Assembly: GCF_047602625.1 (NCBI RefSeq)
Contig: NZ_JASGGV010000002.1
Span: 441,734 to 505,733 of the forward strand
From: Aestuariivirga sp.
GTDB taxonomy: Bacteria; Pseudomonadota; Alphaproteobacteria; Rhizobiales; Aestuariivirgaceae
Reading direction: 5' to 3'
DNA: 64,000 nt
Shown: piece after piece, positions 1 to 8,117 of the stretch
Position numbering within the stretch: position 1 is the first letter of the stretch
How the letters are laid out: the number at the start of each line of letters is the position of its first letter
Translations under genes and position numbers: made by a program
Notes under the pieces: model-generated
Seen by the model: the letters and a program-made list of their open reading frames with translations, nothing else
Databases searched by the model: none
What the model was told of the DNA's origin: nothing

Positions 1-228
1 GCGCTGGCGCTGGCCTATGTGGCGGCCGGCCGTTTCGATGCCTTCGTGTGCCGCAACATCAACCCGTGGGACATGGCGCCCGGCATTCTCCTGGTGCGCG
101 AAGCGGGCGGCTTCGTGGCCGATCCCTCGACTGAGGCGAACCCCATGGAGTCCGGCCACATCCTCGCCGCCAATGCCGAACTGCTGCCGCAGATGAAGGC
201 GGCGCTGGCGGAGTCATCGAAGTTTTAA
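1..228 (+). CDS. inositol monophosphatase (SuhB/IMPase) family protein, C-terminal fragment; 5' end lies outside the window
   Basis: Frame is open from base 1. NPWDMAPGILLVREAGGFV matches the conserved WD-x-A-x-G...EAGG C-terminal motif of the family. Confidence 0.8.
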   Translation, partial: ALALAYVAAGRFDAFVCRNINPWDMAPGILLVREAGGFVADPSTEANPMESGHILAANAELLPQMKAALAESSKF

Positions 229-253
229 TCCAGTCGTTCAGAGTGGCCGCTCA

Positions 254-661
254 TCAGTCCTGAATGGAATTGGCGAGAAACTGTTCTGTTTCTTTGTTGA
301 GTTTCGTCGCCGAGCGAATGGCATCAAAGTCCTGGTGCGTGATTCTGACTTTGCCGTCTGGCGGCATCGTTTTTACAAACGGCCTGATGCGTGGATTCGC
401 CATAATCCATACGCGGGATTTTCCGCCGCTGGACAGCACGCCAACCAAATCATAACCCTCGTCATCGGCCGCCTTGACGAGAACAATCGGCTCAACGAGC
501 TGGCCTTGGTACCTTGAACCGGTTGACTGAAGAACAGACCATTCATGGTAGTTTGCGAGTTCATTGTCAGGGTCGTTGCAAATTGAATAAAGGCTCCAAG
601 AGACGAGCGCCATCGCGCTTGAGACTACAAAAAACAGAATGTTCCAGCCGGATATCCGCAT
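254..661 (-). CDS. hypothetical membrane-anchored protein
   Basis: 135-aa ORF with one N-terminal hydrophobic helix (NILFFVVSSAMALVSWSLY). Locally lower GC than neighbours. No family recognised. Confidence 0.5.
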   Translation of the reverse strand: MRISGWNILFFVVSSAMALVSWSLYSICNDPDNELANYHEWSVLQSTGSRYQGQLVEPIVLVKAADDEGYDLVGVLSSGGKSRVWIMANPRIRPFVKTMPPDGKVRITHQDFDAIRSATKLNKETEQFLANSIQD

Positions 662-842
662 TGATCACTTTCCAATGAAGGGCGCAGGCGGGCCCGTAAA
701 TCCAGCATAGCCCAATCGGATGAAGTAAACGCGGGCCTTGTGAGATACCGCGAGAATTGCCACGTTTTACACACCCGCCGCCTTGACATGGCGCACGCTT
801 CCCCCTTCTCTCCAAAGCTGGTGATGGAGAAATTGGAGCATC

Positions 843-2249
843 ATGTCTAAAGAGCTGAACTGGAAGAGCGCCACGTCGCTGGTGCGGGGCTACCGGAAAA
901 AGAAGTTTTCGCCCGTCGAGGTGGTCAAGGCGTCTCTCGCCCAGATCGAGCGGCATGAACCGGCACTCAACGCCATGTGCGGCATCCATGCCGATGAGGC
1001 GCTGGCGGCGGCGAAGGCCAGCGAGTCGCGCTGGCTGAAAGGAGAGCCCATCGGCCCCGTCGATGGCGTACCCACGCTGGTGAAGGACCTGCTGCTGGTG
1101 CGCGGCTGGAAGACGCTGCGCGGCTCGCGCACCGTCGATCCCAACCAGGCATGGGATGCCGATGCCCCTTGTGTGGCAAGGCTGCGCGAATCGGGCGCCA
1201 TCCTGATCGGCCAGACCACCACACCGGAATTCGGGTGGAAAGGTGTCACCGATTCCCCCTTGACCGGCATTACGCGCAATCCCTGGGATGTGAGCAAAAC
1301 CTCAGGGGGCTCCTCCGGCGGCGCCTCGACTGCGGCAGCGGCAGGCTATGCGCCGTTGACGCTCGGCACCGATGGCGGCGGCTCGATCCGCATTCCCGCC
1401 GGCTTTGCCGGAATCTTCGGGCACAAGCCCTCCTTTGGCCGCGTGCCGGCCTTCCCGCTCTCGCCATTCGGCACCGTCGCCCATGTGGGGCCGATGACCC
1501 GCACGGTGGAGGATTCGGCGCTGATGATGAATGTCATCGCCCAGCCCGATGCGCGCGACTGGACATCGCTTCCCTATGATGGCCGCGACTATCTCGCCAA
1601 GCTGGGCAAGGGCATCAAGGGCCTGCGCATCGCCTACAGCCCCGCGCTGGGCCATGCCGAGGTCGATCCCGAAATTGCCGCGCTGGTGAAAAAGGCCGTG
1701 ACGGTTCTGGAAGAGCTTGGCGCGGAGGTGGAGGAAACCGATCCGGGCTTCGCCGATCCGGCGGCCTGCTTCCGCACACTCTGGTGGTCGGGCGCCCGCG
1801 CCCTGCTTGGCAGGTTGCCGCCGGAGAAAAAGGCGCTGCTCGATCCTGATCTCGCCAGTGTGGTGGAGCAATCCATGGCGATCTCGCTCGACGATTACCA
1901 GGACGCTTTGAAGGCGCGCGGCGAATTGGGCAGCCAAATGCGCCAGTTCATGGAACGCTACGACCTTTTGGTGACTCCCACCCTGCCGATTCCAGCTTTC
2001 GAGGCCGGCTTGCTCGCGCCACAGAAGGACAATACGTCGAAGTGGGTGAACTGGACCCCCTTCTCCTATCCCTTCAACCTCACCCAGCAGCCAGCCTCAA
2101 GCGTGCCCTGCGGCTTCACAAAAGCCGGGCTCCCCGCAGGCCTGCACCTCGTCGGACGCATGTTCGACGATATGACGGTGCTGCGCGCGTCACACGCCTA
2201 TCAGGTGGCGACGGACTGGCTGAAGAAGAAACCGGCGCTTGTGTCTTAA
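843..2249 (+). CDS. amidase (amidase-signature family)
   Basis: 468 aa. Gly/Ser-rich AS signature TSGGSSGGASTAAAAG... and GTDGGGSIRIPA. GGAG lies 5 nt upstream of the ATG. Confidence 0.9.
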   Translation: MSKELNWKSATSLVRGYRKKKFSPVEVVKASLAQIERHEPALNAMCGIHADEALAAAKASESRWLKGEPIGPVDGVPTLVKDLLLVRGWKTLRGSRTVDPNQAWDADAPCVARLRESGAILIGQTTTPEFGWKGVTDSPLTGITRNPWDVSKTSGGSSGGASTAAAAGYAPLTLGTDGGGSIRIPAGFAGIFGHKPSFGRVPAFPLSPFGTVAHVGPMTRTVEDSALMMNVIAQPDARDWTSLPYDGRDYLAKLGKGIKGLRIAYSPALGHAEVDPEIAALVKKAVTVLEELGAEVEETDPGFADPAACFRTLWWSGARALLGRLPPEKKALLDPDLASVVEQSMAISLDDYQDALKARGELGSQMRQFMERYDLLVTPTLPIPAFEAGLLAPQKDNTSKWVNWTPFSYPFNLTQQPASSVPCGFTKAGLPAGLHLVGRMFDDMTVLRASHAYQVATDWLKKKPALVS

Positions 2250-2422
2250 GCGGCCTGATTCTGTTCGAGGCGGGTGATTTCGTCTTTGATCTTGAGCTTG
2301 CGCCGCTTGAGTTCGGCGATTTCTTCATCCGAAGAGGCCGGGTGGGTGATCGCGTCTGCAAGTTGGGCCTCAAGGGCCTTGTGCTTGGCGGCGAGTTCAC
2401 CGAGGTGGGATTGAAGGCTCAT
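2246..2422 (-). CDS. DUF465 (YdcH-like) small coiled-coil protein
   Basis: MSLQSHLGELAAKHKALEAQLADAITHPASSDEEIAELKRRKLKIKDEI is the typical DUF465 pattern. Internal ATG at 2422 is preceded by GGAGGAAG. TAA stop overlaps the amidase TAA (TTAA). Confidence 0.75.
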   Translation of the reverse strand: MSLQSHLGELAAKHKALEAQLADAITHPASSDEEIAELKRRKLKIKDEITRLEQNQAA

Positions 2423-2564
2423 AGATCTTCCTCCACTCATGCTTCGACAACAGGATGATGACACAGACGTGGGGGCTTGTCGAACCCTTGACAAGGGCAT
2501 AGTTCATGATCCCGAACAGGGCGGGGAAATCGTGGTAAAACTCGACACGTTGCAGGAAGTTGCG

Positions 2565-2747
2565 ATGCGGGCGAAGCTGCAGGTCCTGCTGCAGCAGCAC
2601 CGCGATCTCGACACCGCCATCTTCTCGCTGGAGCAGACCGGCACCGGCGACCAGCTGCAGCTCCGCCGCCTCAAGAAGATGAAGCTTGAGTTGAAGGACA
2701 AGATTCAAGTCATTGAAAACATGCTCATTCCCGATATCATCGCCTGA
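2565..2747 (+). CDS. DUF465 (YdcH-like) small protein, divergent paralogue
   Basis: [39 protein letters not shown] is a DUF465-like pattern. Start chosen at the ATG at 2565, with AGGAAG 6 nt upstream. Confidence 0.7.
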   Translation: MRAKLQVLLQQHRDLDTAIFSLEQTGTGDQLQLRRLKKMKLELKDKIQVIENMLIPDIIA

Positions 2748-2758
2748 CAGGATTTCGC

Positions 2759-3256
2759 GTGGCAAAACCCGTTTCTGACGTCGCCATCATCATGGGCAGC
2801 CAGTCCGACTGGCCGACCATGAAGCACGCCGCCGACACACTGAGCGAGTTGGGCGTAGCCCATGACACGCGCATCGTCTCGGCCCACCGCACGCCCGACC
2901 GCATGGTGGAGTTCGCGAAATCCGCCAAGGCGGCGGGCTTCAAGGTGATCATTGCGGGTGCTGGCGGCGCGGCGCATCTGCCCGGCATGACCGCCTCCAT
3001 GACGCCGCTGCCGGTGTTCGGCGTGCCCATTGAATCGAAGGCGCTGTCGGGCAAGGATTCGCTTCTTTCAATCGTACAGATGCCGGCGGGGATTCCGGTT
3101 GGAACGCTGGCCATCGGCAAATCTGGCGCGGTGAATGCCGCCCTCCTCGCGGCAGCCGTGCTGGCGCTTTCGGATGACAGGCTGGCGGCGCGGCTCGAAG
3201 CCTGGCGCGCCAAGCAGACTGCCGCCGTGGCCCATGCGCCGGTGGACGCCTCCTGA
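2759..3256 (+). CDS. purE: N5-carboxyaminoimidazole ribonucleotide mutase
   Basis: [17 protein letters not shown]...SAHRTPDRM...[14 protein letters not shown] are canonical PurE motifs. GTG start with AGGA upstream. Confidence 0.95.
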   Translation: MAKPVSDVAIIMGSQSDWPTMKHAADTLSELGVAHDTRIVSAHRTPDRMVEFAKSAKAAGFKVIIAGAGGAAHLPGMTASMTPLPVFGVPIESKALSGKDSLLSIVQMPAGIPVGTLAIGKSGAVNAALLAAAVLALSDDRLAARLEAWRAKQTAAVAHAPVDAS

Positions 3257-4341
3257 TGCGGCTGGAGACGCCTCTTCCGCCCGGCTCCACCATCGGCATT
3301 CTGGGCGGCGGCCAGCTTGGGCGGATGATCGCCCTGGCCGCAGCCCCGCTTGGCCTCAAGACGCATATTTACGCCCCCGAAGCTGACAGCCCGGCGTTTC
3401 AGGTTTCGGATGCCCGCACCATCGCGCCTTATGAAGATCTGGATGCGCTGGATGCCTTTGCCCGCGCTGTCGATGTCATCACCTATGAATTCGAGAACGT
3501 GCCGGGCGAGACGGCGGCGTTTCTCGAAGACCGCAAGCCCTTGGCCCCCGGCTCTCTCGCGCTCAAGACGGCGCAGGACCGGGTGGATGAAAAGACCTTC
3601 ATCGCCTCCCTCGGCATTCCCGTGGCGCCCTTCGCCGCCGTCGATGATGAAACCTCGCTGGGTGCCGCCATTGCCCGCACCGGACGGCCGTCGATCCTGA
3701 AAACCCGCCGCTTCGGCTATGACGGCAAGGGGCAGGTGGTGATCCGCGAGGGCGACGGCATTCTCGAAGCTTTTGACGCCATCGGGCGGCAGCCGGCAAT
3801 TCTCGAGGGCTTCATTTCCTTTGACCGCGAAATCTCGGTGATCGCCGCCCGCGGCTGGGACGGCGGGATTGCGGTCTATGACGTGCCCGAGAACGTGCAC
3901 CGCAATGCCATTCTCCACACCTCGACTGTTCCCGCCGCGATTCCGCCTGCCCTTGCCGATGAGGCGCGGGAGATCGGTGGCCGCATCATCGCGGCGCTGG
4001 ATTATGTGGGTGTCATCGGCATCGAGCTGTTTGCGGGCGAAGGCGGCCTGACGGTGAATGAGATTGCGCCGCGCGTTCACAACTCAGGCCACTGGACCAT
4101 GGATGCCTGCATGGTCTCGCAATTTGAGCAGCATGTGCGCGCCATCTGCGGCTGGCCGCTGGGCAATCCCGCCCGCCATTCCAACGTGGTGATGACCAAT
4201 CTTCTGGGCGATGACGCGCACCAGTGGCAGGCCCTTGCCGCCGAGCCAAACTTGGCCCTTCACCTCTATGGAAAGGCCGAGGCGCGGCCCGGCCGGAAAA
4301 TGGGTCATGTCAACCGCCTGACCCCTCGACAGGGCAGATAG
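3256..4341 (+). CDS. purK: N5-carboxyaminoimidazole ribonucleotide synthase (ATP-grasp)
   Basis: IGILGGGQLGRM N-terminus, ATP-grasp core and ...APRVHNSGHWT motif. TGATG overlap with the purE stop. Confidence 0.95.
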   Translation: MRLETPLPPGSTIGILGGGQLGRMIALAAAPLGLKTHIYAPEADSPAFQVSDARTIAPYEDLDALDAFARAVDVITYEFENVPGETAAFLEDRKPLAPGSLALKTAQDRVDEKTFIASLGIPVAPFAAVDDETSLGAAIARTGRPSILKTRRFGYDGKGQVVIREGDGILEAFDAIGRQPAILEGFISFDREISVIAARGWDGGIAVYDVPENVHRNAILHTSTVPAAIPPALADEAREIGGRIIAALDYVGVIGIELFAGEGGLTVNEIAPRVHNSGHWTMDACMVSQFEQHVRAICGWPLGNPARHSNVVMTNLLGDDAHQWQALAAEPNLALHLYGKAEARPGRKMGHVNRLTPRQGR

Positions 4342-4367
4342 CCTATGCTATGCCGCCGCCACTTCCG

Positions 4368-4388
4368 GGGCCCCTAGAGGGCCCTTTT
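4368..4388 (+). terminator. putative intrinsic terminator after purK
   Basis: GGGCCC-ctaga-GGGCCC hairpin followed by TTTTG. Confidence 0.5.
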
Positions 4389-4419
4389 GCCCGTTCAACA
4401 CGAAATTCGAGGTTATCGC

Positions 4420-4677
4420 TTGCAAGTCGTCGTCCGTGACAACAATGTCGATCAGGCCCTCAAGGCGCTCAAGAAAAAGATGCAGCGCGAGGGCATTTTC
4501 CGCGAGATGAAGCTGCGCGGCCATTACGAGAAGCCCTCCGAGAAGAAGGCCCGCGAAAAGGCGGAAGCCGTGCGCCGCGCCCGCAAGCTGCAGCGCAAGA
4601 AGCTGCAGCGCGAAGGCCTGCTGCCCATGCCGAAGAAGGTAGAAATGCCCGCCCGTGGCCCCCGCGGCCCGCAATAA
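4420..4677 (+). CDS. rpsU: 30S ribosomal protein S21
   Basis: (L/M)[30 protein letters not shown] is a typical S21 N-terminus. TTG start at 4420 with GAGG 7 nt upstream. The ORF-track start at 4387 is probably too far upstream. Confidence 0.9.
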   Translation: MQVVVRDNNVDQALKALKKKMQREGIFREMKLRGHYEKPSEKKAREKAEAVRRARKLQRKKLQREGLLPMPKKVEMPARGPRGPQ

Positions 4678-4762
4678 GCATTCGGCCATTCAGGTTTCCG
4701 GGGCCGCCCTTGATGAAAGGCGCGGCCCCAATTGTTTCATAAGGCAGGTACATGGTCGGGCC

Positions 4763-5950
4763 ATGCCGCGCGCCCTGCTCCTGTTGCTGCTGATTCTCTT
4801 CGCCCTTCCCGCGCGGGCTGATGACACGGCCGCGCTTCAGGCCACGCTCGACGCCGGAAAAACCGTCACGCTGGAGCCCGACCGCACCTATCACATCCGC
4901 CGCAGCCTGGCGATCCGCCACGCCGGAACGGGCATCATTGGTGATGGCACCGCAACGCTTGTGATGGATTCGGACGCCGGGGCCTTCGACAACGCCTCGG
5001 CTTCCGCGCGCGACCGCTATGGGCCGAACGCCGTGGGCATCATCGCGCGCGGAATCGACCGGCCCATCGTGCAGGGGGTGCGGATTACCTATGCGGGCGG
5101 CATCGATGACCGCTATGTGAAGGCCATCGCCTTCCGCGATTGCACCAATATCGTTCTCGACCACAACGAGGCGTGGAATTTCACCAAGTCCTGGGGAATT
5201 CTCTACATCGGCGGCAGCACCGGCGGCAGCGTGAGCTTCAATACCATCCGCGACAGCACCACCAATTCTTTTACCTTCGGCCAGATCACCGGCATCGAGT
5301 TCGACAATGACGACAAACCTTCTTCGCAAATTCGCGTCGAGGGCAATGACATTCACGATCTCACGGTGGGGCCGCAATTCCTCAAGATGTTTGGATACCA
5401 GACCGACGGCATAAACACCGTGCGGCAGGGCACATCGCATCTGGTGATCGTAAACAACCGCATCAACCATGTGGGCGAGGCCATCGATCATTTCGGCAAC
5501 AGCAGTAGCATCACTGGCAACCGCCTCTCGCGCTGTTATAATTTCTGCATCAAGCTGATCCACGGCGCGCGCTTCAATTTCGTGCGCGGCAACCAGATCA
5601 GTGGCGCCGGGCTGGGCGGCATCGTGCTCGCGGTTTCGGCAAAGAGCCCGCAGGATACGCTGGGCAATGTCATCACCGGCAATGTAATTTCAGGCATCGA
5701 TCCCGACCATGCCTGGGCAGGCCACCCGGCCTTCGGCATCGGGCTGATGTCGGCACCCGGCGCGGCTTTTGGCTCACGCAACAACCGGATCATCGGCAAT
5801 CTGATCGATCTCAGGAACACCGGAGCCATCGGCCTGCGCGCCGTGGGCCGGAGCGGCGCCGGCAATTGCTTCCGCGCCAATATCGTGCTGCACGCCCGCA
5901 TCCGCGCCACATGGCTCAACCCGTCCGTGGCGAATTGCCGGGCTGAATAG
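4763..5950 (+). CDS. secreted right-handed parallel beta-helix repeat protein (pectate-lyase fold)
   Basis: Signal peptide MPRALLLLLLILFALPARA. Repeated N-x-I-x-G-N / GNxI turns (NNRINH, GNRLS, GNQISG, GNVITGNVISG, NNRIIGNLI). Confidence 0.8.
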   Translation: MPRALLLLLLILFALPARADDTAALQATLDAGKTVTLEPDRTYHIRRSLAIRHAGTGIIGDGTATLVMDSDAGAFDNASASARDRYGPNAVGIIARGIDRPIVQGVRITYAGGIDDRYVKAIAFRDCTNIVLDHNEAWNFTKSWGILYIGGSTGGSVSFNTIRDSTTNSFTFGQITGIEFDNDDKPSSQIRVEGNDIHDLTVGPQFLKMFGYQTDGINTVRQGTSHLVIVNNRINHVGEAIDHFGNSSSITGNRLSRCYNFCIKLIHGARFNFVRGNQISGAGLGGIVLAVSAKSPQDTLGNVITGNVISGIDPDHAWAGHPAFGIGLMSAPGAAFGSRNNRIIGNLIDLRNTGAIGLRAVGRSGAGNCFRANIVLHARIRATWLNPSVANCRAE

Positions 5951-5952
5951 GC

Positions 5953-6651
5953 TTACTCCGCCGCCACCAGCTTGCCGGTGAACACAACAGGCCCCGTGGG
6001 CTGGCCGGTGGGAGATCCCCCTTCCGGCTCCAGGCTGACGGCAAACACGGTGGCGCCTAGCGCCGCGCTGTCGGCCTTTCCGAGTTGCGATGAGGGAATG
6101 CGGAAATCGGCGTTGAGAACGCCAAGCGATTGCGGCTTCTCGCGCCCTGCCCCCAGCGCCCAGAGCTCATAGGATTTGCCCTCCGGCAATTGCGCCGTGA
6201 CGGGCCTGACCGTGATGGTGCCACGCGCCGTATCGACGGACGCGAGAAACGCTGGTCCCGGCCCATCGGCCTGCAGCACCGCGACGAAGCGCTGCCCCTG
6301 TGGCTCCGGCTGGGGCTTCAGGATCATCAAACCGGTAAGCGCCGCCGCCAGCGCCATTGCGCCCACGGCAATGCTGCGCCAGCAGTTCACGCGGCGCGTG
6401 AGGTCGATGACGGTTGCCGATGTGTCACCACAGCCGATGGCCGCCATGACGCGGGCTTTCAGATGCGCGGGCACCGGAACGGAGAGCAATGCCTCGGAGA
6501 GCGGAAACAGCCGCCGCTCCCACTGTGCCACGGCAGAAGCAAGCGCAGGATTGCCGGTCATTTCCTGATCAACTGCAGACCGTTCGGCGGCGTCCAGCGT
6601 GCCCAGCGCATATTCGGCGGCGAGGCCTTCGATTTCGTCATCAACGGCCAT
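5953..6651 (-). CDS. anti-sigma factor, RskA (anti-sigma-K) family
   Basis: N-terminal anti-sigma helix (LAAEYALGTLDAAERSAVD), a central TM helix, and a C-terminal YELWALG...SLGVL...VSLEPEGGSPTGQPTGPV pattern typical of the RskA domain. Overlaps the sigma gene stop by 11 nt. Confidence 0.85.
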   Translation of the reverse strand: MAVDDEIEGLAAEYALGTLDAAERSAVDQEMTGNPALASAVAQWERRLFPLSEALLSVPVPAHLKARVMAAIGCGDTSATVIDLTRRVNCWRSIAVGAMALAAALTGLMILKPQPEPQGQRFVAVLQADGPGPAFLASVDTARGTITVRPVTAQLPEGKSYELWALGAGREKPQSLGVLNADFRIPSSQLGKADSAALGATVFAVSLEPEGGSPTGQPTGPVVFTGKLVAAE

Positions 6652-7192
6652 CGAGACACTCCCGGAGGGCAATCAGGCTGCGCCGGAGCAGCGTCTTGAT
6701 GGTGGTGACCGGCCGCCGGTATTGTGCCGCCAGTTCCTCGCGCGACCAGCCGCGATAATAGGCCAGCAGCACCATGTCCTGCCGGTCTTCCGGCAGGCCG
6801 GACAGACACTCGCGCAGGTGCTTCAACTCCAGCGCAAATTCGGCTTCCGGCATGACAGGAGCCTGTGCTTCGGCTGCATCGTCCAGATCGGCGGTGGGCC
6901 GCTCCGACGCCCTCCGGCGCAGATCGATTGCCTGGTTGCGGGCGATGGCCGCCAGCCATGCCATGGGCTGCGCCTGCGCCTGATCGTAAAGCCCCGCCTT
7001 CTGCCAGATCCGCACAAAGGCTTCCTGCAATGCTTCCTCGGCAAGGTCGCTACGCGGCAGCACACTCCGTACCACGGCAAACAGCCGGCTGGCCGTCAGG
7101 TCATAAAGCCTGCCAAAGGCTTCGCGGTCGCCCTTGGAAACCAGAACAAGAAGTGGCGCCAATGTGGCAGGCGCGGGTGAAACGGCTGTCAT
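6641..7192 (-). CDS. ECF-type RNA polymerase sigma-70 family factor
   Basis: Region 2 (DREAFGRLYDLTASRLFAVV...AEEALQEAFVRIW) and region 4 (LPEDRQDMVLLAYYRGWSREELA). Start taken at the internal ATG at 7192 (MTAVSPAP...). Confidence 0.9.
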   Translation of the reverse strand: MTAVSPAPATLAPLLVLVSKGDREAFGRLYDLTASRLFAVVRSVLPRSDLAEEALQEAFVRIWQKAGLYDQAQAQPMAWLAAIARNQAIDLRRRASERPTADLDDAAEAQAPVMPEAEFALELKHLRECLSGLPEDRQDMVLLAYYRGWSREELAAQYRRPVTTIKTLLRRSLIALRECLDGR

Positions 7193-7251
7193 GACACGAT
7201 TACGTAACAGACCTGCCCAAAGGTTGCACCAATCGGCACCTAAATAAACGC

Positions 7252-7281
7252 CAGATGAACGGCGCATTCAGGCCGGGTTCC
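7252..7281. promoter_or_regulatory. conserved 30-nt box, copy A (CAGATGAACGGnnCATTCAGGnnnGGTTCC)
   Basis: 26/30 identical to 8031-8060. Ends 56 nt before the ATG at 7338. On the minus strand it reads GGAAC-N15-CGTT upstream of the ECF sigma gene. Confidence 0.55.
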
Positions 7282-7337
7282 GCAAGCCCCCGCTAGGTTC
7301 CGTTCAACACTGAGATTGGCGAGAGGGACGAAACACC

Positions 7338-7529
7338 ATGATCCGCAACACCATCATCATCCTTGGCGTGCTGGCTACCGCCGCCACGGCGATTGCCGCC
7401 CACAGCGCCCCTCCGGCCGCCAAAACCGGCAATGTCACGGTGATTTACAAGAATGCATCCGCTTCATTTCCGGAAGTGAATGTCTGGCAACCCTGCGCCG
7501 TGGAGGACTGTTCCGACGTTCAATCCTGA
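7338..7529 (+). CDS. small secreted peptide A (63 aa precursor)
   Basis: GAGAGGGA SD. Signal peptide MIRNTIIILGVLATAATAIAA. Shares the N-[VI]-T-V-I-x-K-N core with peptide B. Confidence 0.65.
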   Translation: MIRNTIIILGVLATAATAIAAHSAPPAAKTGNVTVIYKNASASFPEVNVWQPCAVEDCSDVQS

Positions 7530-7629
7530 GTTTGCCGGGCGGCGACGCCTGACAATCCGGAACGTGGGGTGACGATTTTCATCAACGCCCCCTCTCGTGA
7601 AACTTGAAACTTCGCGTTCCGGTTCCGAT

Positions 7630-7718
7630 CTTTAAGTTTCCCCAGGCAGTACTTCCCCCCATCCCCTGCAAACGCTGCCTGCACCTGGAAGGCCCCGGCT
7701 CAGCCCGGGGCCTTTTTT
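7630..7718 (+). ncRNA. candidate sRNA 1 (C-rich-loop hairpin plus intrinsic terminator)
   Basis: Stem 7643-7650/7674-7681 with 23-nt loop ACUUCCCCCCAUCCCCUGCAAAC. Terminator GGCCCCGG-cucagc-CCGGGGCC-UUUUUU (7691-7718). The 5' end is not determined. Confidence 0.55.
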
Positions 7719-7914
7719 CCATGATCACGGGATTTTGTAAAAATCGTTACAAACCTGTCCCGCACTGTGATTTGCATTACAGCGGCGTCCGCACATATGG
7801 ATTAACAGGACATCAACAAACGTGCAGATCGCGGAAACCGGCTGAAAAGCACAACTCAAGGTCGTCAAATACAGTAAGGAACTTTTTAGCTGGCTTGCCT
7901 GTTTACTCGGCGAA

Positions 7915-8008
7915 ACCAATTCTCCCAAAGGCGGCACTTCCCCCATCCCCTGCAAAACGCCGCCTAAACTTGAGGCCCCGGAACAAATCCGGGGCCTTTT
8001 CCTTTTTA
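7915..8008 (+). ncRNA. candidate sRNA 2 (paralogue of sRNA 1)
   Basis: Stem 7929-7935/7959-7965 with 23-nt loop ACUUCCCCCAUCCCCUGCAAAAC. Terminator GGCCCCGG-aacaaau-CCGGGGCC-UUUUCCUUUUU (7974-8008). Stem differs from copy 1 by compensatory changes. Confidence 0.55.
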
Positions 8009-8030
8009 TAGGAAGACAATTTCTAAACCG

Positions 8031-8060
8031 CAGATGAACGGACCATTCAGGGCAGGTTCC
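8031..8060. promoter_or_regulatory. conserved 30-nt box, copy B
   Basis: 26/30 identical to 7252-7281. Ends 57 nt before the ATG at 8118. Confidence 0.55.
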
Positions 8061-8117
8061 AGCCCGGAAGCGCAGAACTGCGCTCACGATCAGGGACCCT
8101 CCTGGGAGGAGATGAAC

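Noticed and set aside
2737-4080. Long antisense or shadow ORFs inside clear genes (e.g. 2737-4080 -, 8090-9322 -, 10076-11965 -, 19075-20178 -, 19913-20914 -, 49038-50135 -, 55404-56645 +, 62011-63309 +)
   Set aside because: They are typical stop-poor alternative frames of high-GC DNA. Their products are Arg/Ala/Gly-rich with no motifs, and the opposite frames encode unmistakable housekeeping proteins.
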